64,000 bases of DNA from an uncultured Bacteroidales bacterium (lineage in GTDB: Bacteria > Bacteroidota > Bacteroidia > Bacteroidales > VadinHA17), in assembly GCA_963736735.1 (NCBI GenBank), contig CAVTPX010000002.1, positions 83,837 to 147,836 on the forward strand, in the 5' to 3' direction. Both the position numbers and the translations under genes were made by a program. The first letter of the stretch is position 1. The number at the start of each line of letters is the position of its first letter. Shown piece by piece: positions 59,366 to 64,000 of the stretch. Under the pieces are notes generated by a model. It worked only from the letters and a program-made list of their open reading frames with translations. It made no database searches and was not told where the DNA came from.

Positions 59366-61819
59366 CTAGTCCTTTTGTGTTATTGTGTGATAATCGATAT
59401 ACCAGATCAGCTTCACGGAAAAGCTGTTGATCATATTCTGGTCGAACAGATTGCGGAGATTGTCACCAAAAGAGGGGGGAATGTAGCTGCCAGAAGAGTA
59501 AACTGAATTTTTCCATACAAGGGTCAGCTCACTGCCCGGAGCGAATCTCCAGGTATAATTCAGGTCGATATTGAATGCATTGTAATTGGTATTGTCATTT
59601 CTTGTGATTGATGCGGGGCTGAGAGATCCGTCTGTTTCAAGGAATGCATACCAGCCTGTATATTCAGCTTTTGCCCAGTACTCTCTGAGTCTGAATGTAA
59701 GGTGCGATTTTGATGAAAACATGTAGGAAAGATCGAACTCGCCCGAAAAGGTGAAGTTGTTTCTGTGTCCGAAGATTATATTGTCACCCGCGAGACCGGC
59801 AAACCCCTCGTCATTTCTGCCGCGTGTCCCGGTCAGGTTGATCTCTGTCCTGAATCTGTCGCTGAACCGTATTTCAGGATTCAGGGTGAGGCTACAGGCG
59901 GTTCGCCCCTGTTCACGGTAGTAACTTTCAACTCCCGCCCCTACGGTCAGGAGAATGGCTTTACGCGTGTCTGTTGAGGCGGTCCCGGAAAGAGCCAGGG
60001 AGGGAGTGCGGTGATACATTCTGCCTGCAACCCTCGGTTCAAAATAGTCGTCACTACCGGCGGGCAACAGGGAGCCTTTCAGTGTAAGCGACCAGAGGTT
60101 CTTAAATGTTGAGGAAGTGGTTACATCAACCTTAAATGTGTTATAAACACGGGGACTGTACAACAGGTCATATGAAAATGACAGGGAATTCTTTGAGTTA
60201 TATATCGGCCCGACGGGTTTATAAATATTATAGCTGAATGTCAGGGCGTTAGAGATAAGATTGTTTCTTTTCAGGTATCCCAGGTCATTGGGGTCGTATT
60301 TATCAGTTATAGTACGGTTAGAGTAATAAGCAAGGAACCTGCCACCTGTTTTACCCCCTGAAAACTCCAGGCTGTGACCGGCTACCGGCCTGATGCCGGC
60401 ATAATACTTCCTGCTTGCCGCCCCTACAGCCCGTAGGGAAAAGATCCGGTCTTTAGTGTAAAACATCATATCAGTGGCTGTAACTGTGGCGTTGTAATTA
60501 AGGCCTGTATGGGGAGCGTTTCTTAAAACGGCGGAATTAATAAGGCTGATGTATGAGGCATTTTTCAGACTCTGATCCAGCACGATCAGGTTGTAATTGG
60601 TAAACGGTTCGGTCAGGTATTCTGATCTGTCTCCGGTTTCCGGATCTTCAAAGGCAGCCACGGCTTTTCTGGTCATGGCGTTGAAAAAGCCCACTCCCAG
60701 TCCTCCGGAGGTTCTTCCCGATATCTTTGTGGCATTGATAAGGCCTGTTTCAAGGGGATTCATGATCAGGTCAGGGGTGTCGGGGGCCAGGCTGACGGCG
60801 TTGCTGTATCCCCTCGGCTTTGCGCCTATCCGCCTTGAATAAAATATATCTCCCTTGGTAAACAGTTCGGTGCCCTCGGTGAAAAACTGTCGACGCTCAT
60901 TATATTGAATCTCGTAGGGGGTGAGATTCAGCACCCTGTCATCAGCCTGCACCTGGCTGAAGTCGGGGACCAGTGTGGCATCGAGGGTAAAGCTTTCATT
61001 GAAACCCCACTTGAGGTCCATGCCTCCGTTAAAGTGTTTTGCCCAGCCTTCGGTGCTGCCCGACTGGTTTTCGGTATAGGCGGAGACATACGGAGTCACA
61101 GACAGTCTCACCGGGGCATCTATTTCCCTGAATCCGGCAATCTGCCCAGTCTGGCTGATTGTATTTCCCTTGTTTTTGTCGGTGAAGTTCCACGAGGATA
61201 TTTCTTTTCTTCTCGCCACAAATCTGTGGAAGTTAATGCCCCACGGTCTGTCACCGCTGACGGGAAAACGGATGGCTGAAAATGGTATGAAGATTTCTGC
61301 CGCCCATCCCTCTTCGGTAATCAGTGTTTCTGAGTCCCAGACGACATCCCATGACACATCGCGTCCTGCTGCTCCTGAAGCCCGTTTGATATCAGTCTGC
61401 ACGCCTGTGACTGTAAGCTTGAATGAGAATCCGTTGATGCCGTCGTCAAACGGGCAAAGATCTATACTGAACCAGTCGGCATTGATATCATTGTCGGAGT
61501 CTCTTTTACCCAGCTCTGTGGAGATGCTGTCAGGGAAAATATCGATAAGGTTTGCAAAAACATATATGCCCTCATTATCGAAAAGTAGTCTTACCTGTGA
61601 AGTGAATGCGGAGGGGAGGCCGTTGGCAGGCTCGTACTGGGTAAAGCCTGTAAGCAGCTCTGCTTTTTTCCAGGCGGCTTCGTCATCTTTACCATCGATC
61701 CTGATAGCTGTTTCAGCATTCACAGCCTTTGCCATTCGTCTTGTGAGCTCAGCACTGAAGAGTATCTGGTTTGACAAGAGAAGTGCCAGCAGCAGGCATA
61801 GGGAGGAGGTTCTTGTCAT
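59366..61819 (-). CDS. CBM9/DOMON-like plus DUF5916-like outer-membrane beta-barrel protein
   Basis: Signal peptide from ATG 61819. 'IRIDGKDDEAAWKKAELLTGFTQYEP' is a CBM9-like N-domain. The long remainder is rich in amphipathic strands. The family name is from memory. Confidence 0.6.
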   Translation of the reverse strand: MTRTSSLCLLLALLLSNQILFSAELTRRMAKAVNAETAIRIDGKDDEAAWKKAELLTGFTQYEPANGLPSAFTSQVRLLFDNEGIYVFANLIDIFPDSISTELGKRDSDNDINADWFSIDLCPFDDGINGFSFKLTVTGVQTDIKRASGAAGRDVSWDVVWDSETLITEEGWAAEIFIPFSAIRFPVSGDRPWGINFHRFVARRKEISSWNFTDKNKGNTISQTGQIAGFREIDAPVRLSVTPYVSAYTENQSGSTEGWAKHFNGGMDLKWGFNESFTLDATLVPDFSQVQADDRVLNLTPYEIQYNERRQFFTEGTELFTKGDIFYSRRIGAKPRGYSNAVSLAPDTPDLIMNPLETGLINATKISGRTSGGLGVGFFNAMTRKAVAAFEDPETGDRSEYLTEPFTNYNLIVLDQSLKNASYISLINSAVLRNAPHTGLNYNATVTATDMMFYTKDRIFSLRAVGAASRKYYAGIRPVAGHSLEFSGGKTGGRFLAYYSNRTITDKYDPNDLGYLKRNNLISNALTFSYNIYKPVGPIYNSKNSLSFSYDLLYSPRVYNTFKVDVTTSSTFKNLWSLTLKGSLLPAGSDDYFEPRVAGRMYHRTPSLALSGTASTDTRKAILLTVGAGVESYYREQGRTACSLTLNPEIRFSDRFRTEINLTGTRGRNDEGFAGLAGDNIIFGHRNNFTFSGEFDLSYMFSSKSHLTFRLREYWAKAEYTGWYAFLETDGSLSPASITRNDNTNYNAFNIDLNYTWRFAPGSELTLVWKNSVYSSGSYIPPSFGDNLRNLFDQNMINSFSVKLIWYIDYHTITQKD

Positions 61820-61927
61820 TATATCCGGGTGCAGAAAAAGTTTTCTGTCCAAATATATTGTCAATAAACCTTTTTCTATGTTTCGTAAAACATATAATCT
61901 GAATTATTAAAGGGTTAATTGCAGATT

Positions 61928-62500
61928 TCAGGGAGCGAGCCGTTTATTGATCCAGGAATCATTTTCACGGGTGTATACTATACGGTCGTGAAGGCGGTGT
62001 TTTCCCTCCTGCCAGAATTCGAACATCACGGGGGTCAGGATGAAACCACCCCAGTTTGGAGGAATGGGGATTTCGTTGCCGGAAAATTTTTCAGAGAAGA
62101 ATTCGAATCTCTTTTCGAGATATTCACGGTCCGGTATTTCGCGGCTCTGTTCCGAGGCCCAGGCTCCGGTCTGGCTTTCACGGGGCCGTGAGTGAAAGTA
62201 CTGCTCAGAGAGCGCCCCCGTGGTTTTTTGTACTGTTCCTTCGATCCGGACCTGACGGCCAAGCGGTTGCCACCAGAAGAGGAGGGCAGCGTGACTGTCG
62301 GATTTTATCTGTAGGCCTTTACGGCTGTCGTAATTGGTAAAAAATACGAATCCTTTTTCACCGAAATCCTTGAGCAGGACAATGCGCGACGAGACTGTGT
62401 GGTCTTTGCCTGCAGTTGAAAGCGCCATCGCCGAAGGCTCCGGAGGGTTGGTCGTAAGCCAGTCGTTATACCATAATGTGAAGAGGGATACCGGGTCCAT
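61928..62500 (-). CDS. pdxH: Pyridoxamine 5'-phosphate oxidase
   Basis: 'VLLKDFGEKGFVFFTNYDSRKG', 'RQVRIEG', 'YFHSRPRESQ' and 'FWQEGKHRLHDR'. Confidence 0.9.
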   Translation of the reverse strand: MDPVSLFTLWYNDWLTTNPPEPSAMALSTAGKDHTVSSRIVLLKDFGEKGFVFFTNYDSRKGLQIKSDSHAALLFWWQPLGRQVRIEGTVQKTTGALSEQYFHSRPRESQTGAWASEQSREIPDREYLEKRFEFFSEKFSGNEIPIPPNWGGFILTPVMFEFWQEGKHRLHDRIVYTRENDSWINKRLAP

Positions 62501-62542
62501 CAGAAATTTTCACAATAAACAATGAAAGCCCTGAAAGGTTAA
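62496..62542 (-). repeat. 47-nt leader/start segment of pdxH, copy 1 of a direct repeat
   Basis: 43/47 identical to 62769-62815, with a 36-nt perfect core TTTTCACAATAAACAATGAAAGCCCTGAAAGGTTAA. It includes the pdxH ATG. Confidence 0.85.
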
Positions 62543-62581
62543 AATCAGACTGTCAGCAAAGGATTATACCGGTGTGATAAT

Positions 62582-62719
62582 CTTATTTAGGATCTTTGGG
62601 ATTCTTGTCATCACCGGTGTATCTGAATACAGCATAGATAATAAAGGCAAACGCTACAGTACCAATGATATAGTAAATACCGTGGCCTATTCCCAAACCG
62701 TTAATAATTACATCCATCA
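62582..62719 (-). CDS. Possible 45-aa single-TM small protein
   Basis: ATG ATG GAT...TAA encodes 'MMDVIINGLGIGHGIYYIIGTVAFAFIIYAVFRYTGDDKNPKDPK'. It is below the track's length cut-off and lies between the two repeat copies. Confidence 0.35.
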
Positions 62720-62768
62720 TATTTCAAAATATTTGCATCGGTGACCTGCTGTTTATCTTTTAATGGCA

Positions 62769-62815
62769 TCCATCAATACTTTTCACAATAAACAATGAAA
62801 GCCCTGAAAGGTTAA
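62769..62815 (-). repeat. Copy 2 of the 47-nt pdxH leader repeat
   Basis: It retains ATG GA of the pdxH start and then diverges into a 6-codon dead-end ORF (MDAIKR*). It sits 50 nt upstream of the small ORF start. Confidence 0.85.
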
Positions 62816-63052
62816 CAGTTATCGAAAACATGCCCCGATGCACATTTATGGGCTAAAGGTAGACCTTCTTCAGGCAGCAATTTTTACACAATTCCAGATC
62901 AGATTTATATAATTCTTACTTCGACAGTCTTGTGGCTAAGGGAGAAATACGGCCCGGACAGGTGGTGCGAACAGGGAAATGGAAGAAAATTTTTATATTT
63001 ACCGGCAACAAAAGAGAAAATTATTTGTAATAATCTGATAATCTGAATTAAT

Positions 63053-64000
63053 ATGAATATGAAGTTAACTGTAAAAATTGCAGCGGTACTGATGGCCTCT
63101 GTTTTAACCGGAGCAAGTCTCAATGCGCAGGAGCGTAATGATGTGATTACTGCTTACAACGAAGGTGCCAAAGCTATGCAAACGGATGTTCCCGCAGCTA
63201 TTGCGGCCTTTGAGAAGGTGATAGTCCTGGCCGGCCAGGTTGGTGAAACGGCAGATGATCTTAAACAGAAGGCAGTACAGGTGCTGCCCGGGCTCTATTT
63301 CAAGATCGCCAACAATGCACTTAAGGAAAAGAAGCCTGCTGCCGAAATAATTATGGCATCGAAGAAAGCTGCTGCAGCAGCCGAAAAATACGGAAGTGCA
63401 TCAGTTAAAGAGAATGCCGGAAAGGTACTTGTGGCAGGTTACGGTGCCCTGGCATCAGACTTTATAGCGAAAAAGGATTATGGCAATGCACTGCTGGCTC
63501 TTGACAGTTCACTTGTAATCAACCCTTCATACCTGAATGCGATTTACAACAAGGCGCTTGTATACAGAAATCAGGACAATGCCGCTGCCTTTGAGGAGAC
63601 CGTGGATCTCTTCATTGAAAAAGCCGGGGCTGCATCTGACACTGTAAAGGCGAAGCAGGCATCTGTAATGGCGCTTGAGTATTTCCGGGCATCGGGCTCT
63701 CAGGATGTCAAGGATAACAAGCTTGACGAGGCGCTTGTTCTGCTGAACAAGGCTGCAAAATACGGTGAAGACAAGGATCTGTTCTATTTCTTTGCAGATG
63801 TGTACAACAAGCAGAAGAATTTCACCGGCGGAGCGGAATATGCTCAGAAGGGTCTTGCACTTGAGACCGGGGATGCAGAGGCCAAAGCAAAGTTCTACTA
63901 TCAGCTGGCTGTTGCGCAGCTGGGTAAAGGCGAGACAGCTCCTGCATGCGAATCATTCAAGAATGCAATGTTCGGGCCTTTCGCCGCTGCAGCAAAAGCG
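63053..64000 (+). CDS. Secreted TPR-like helical repeat protein (3' end outside the window)
   Basis: ATG 63053 encodes 'MNMKLTVKIAAVLMASVLTGASLNAQ' (signal peptide) followed by Ala/Lys-rich helical repeats. The frame stays open to base 64000. Confidence 0.6.
   Translation, partial: MNMKLTVKIAAVLMASVLTGASLNAQERNDVITAYNEGAKAMQTDVPAAIAAFEKVIVLAGQVGETADDLKQKAVQVLPGLYFKIANNALKEKKPAAEIIMASKKAAAAAEKYGSASVKENAGKVLVAGYGALASDFIAKKDYGNALLALDSSLVINPSYLNAIYNKALVYRNQDNAAAFEETVDLFIEKAGAASDTVKAKQASVMALEYFRASGSQDVKDNKLDEALVLLNKAAKYGEDKDLFYFFADVYNKQKNFTGGAEYAQKGLALETGDAEAKAKFYYQLAVAQLGKGETAPACESFKNAMFGPFAAAAKA

Noticed and set aside
61170-61910. 246-aa plus-strand ORF
   Set aside because: Antisense to the well-supported 818-aa outer-membrane protein gene. 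Ser-rich shadow frame with no start context.

Overview
This is a chromosomal segment of a Bacteroidota-type genome. The signs are A-rich leaders without Shine-Dalgarno sequences, TAnnTTTG -7 boxes, a T9SS C-terminal sorting domain, and DUF4271/DUF4292-type genes. It holds about 50 tightly packed genes, most of them housekeeping, many with 1-4 nt start/stop overlaps: MFS transporter, deoC, hemD, rnpA, S41 protease, moaE/moaD, polA, queD, acyl-CoA ligase, GH95-like hydrolase, lspA, ArsR regulator, polyprenyl synthase, uvrC, adenine deaminase, mnmG, ybeY, a flippase-dut-TPR-DUF4292-M23 operon, cyclophilin, pheS, Crp/Fnr, ruvB, MORN-repeat protein, nadA, rpiB, Rrf2, hemW, purF-like, nfo and pdxH. 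I found no rRNA, tRNA, CRISPR array, transposase or integrase. The stand-out feature is a 17.3-kb co-directional operon (40622-57877). It encodes three DUF4402-type pilin-like subunits, a PapD-like chaperone candidate, and a 1,202-aa usher-like outer-membrane protein ending in three SPOR domains. Embedded between them is a roughly 3,700-aa modular adhesin with a T9SS C-terminal sorting domain. It reads as an archaic (Csu/spore-coat-U-like) chaperone-usher pilus system in a phylum not known for them, joined to a T9SS cargo. The second theme is 17 single-nucleotide-type reading-frame breaks. Fifteen behave as +1 insertions, and 13 of them sit in just two genes of that operon (the first pilin and the giant adhesin). 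The other four hit dut, an acyl-CoA ligase, a GH95-like gene and a MORN-protein signal peptide. All family names come from motif recognition and memory. No database search was run.
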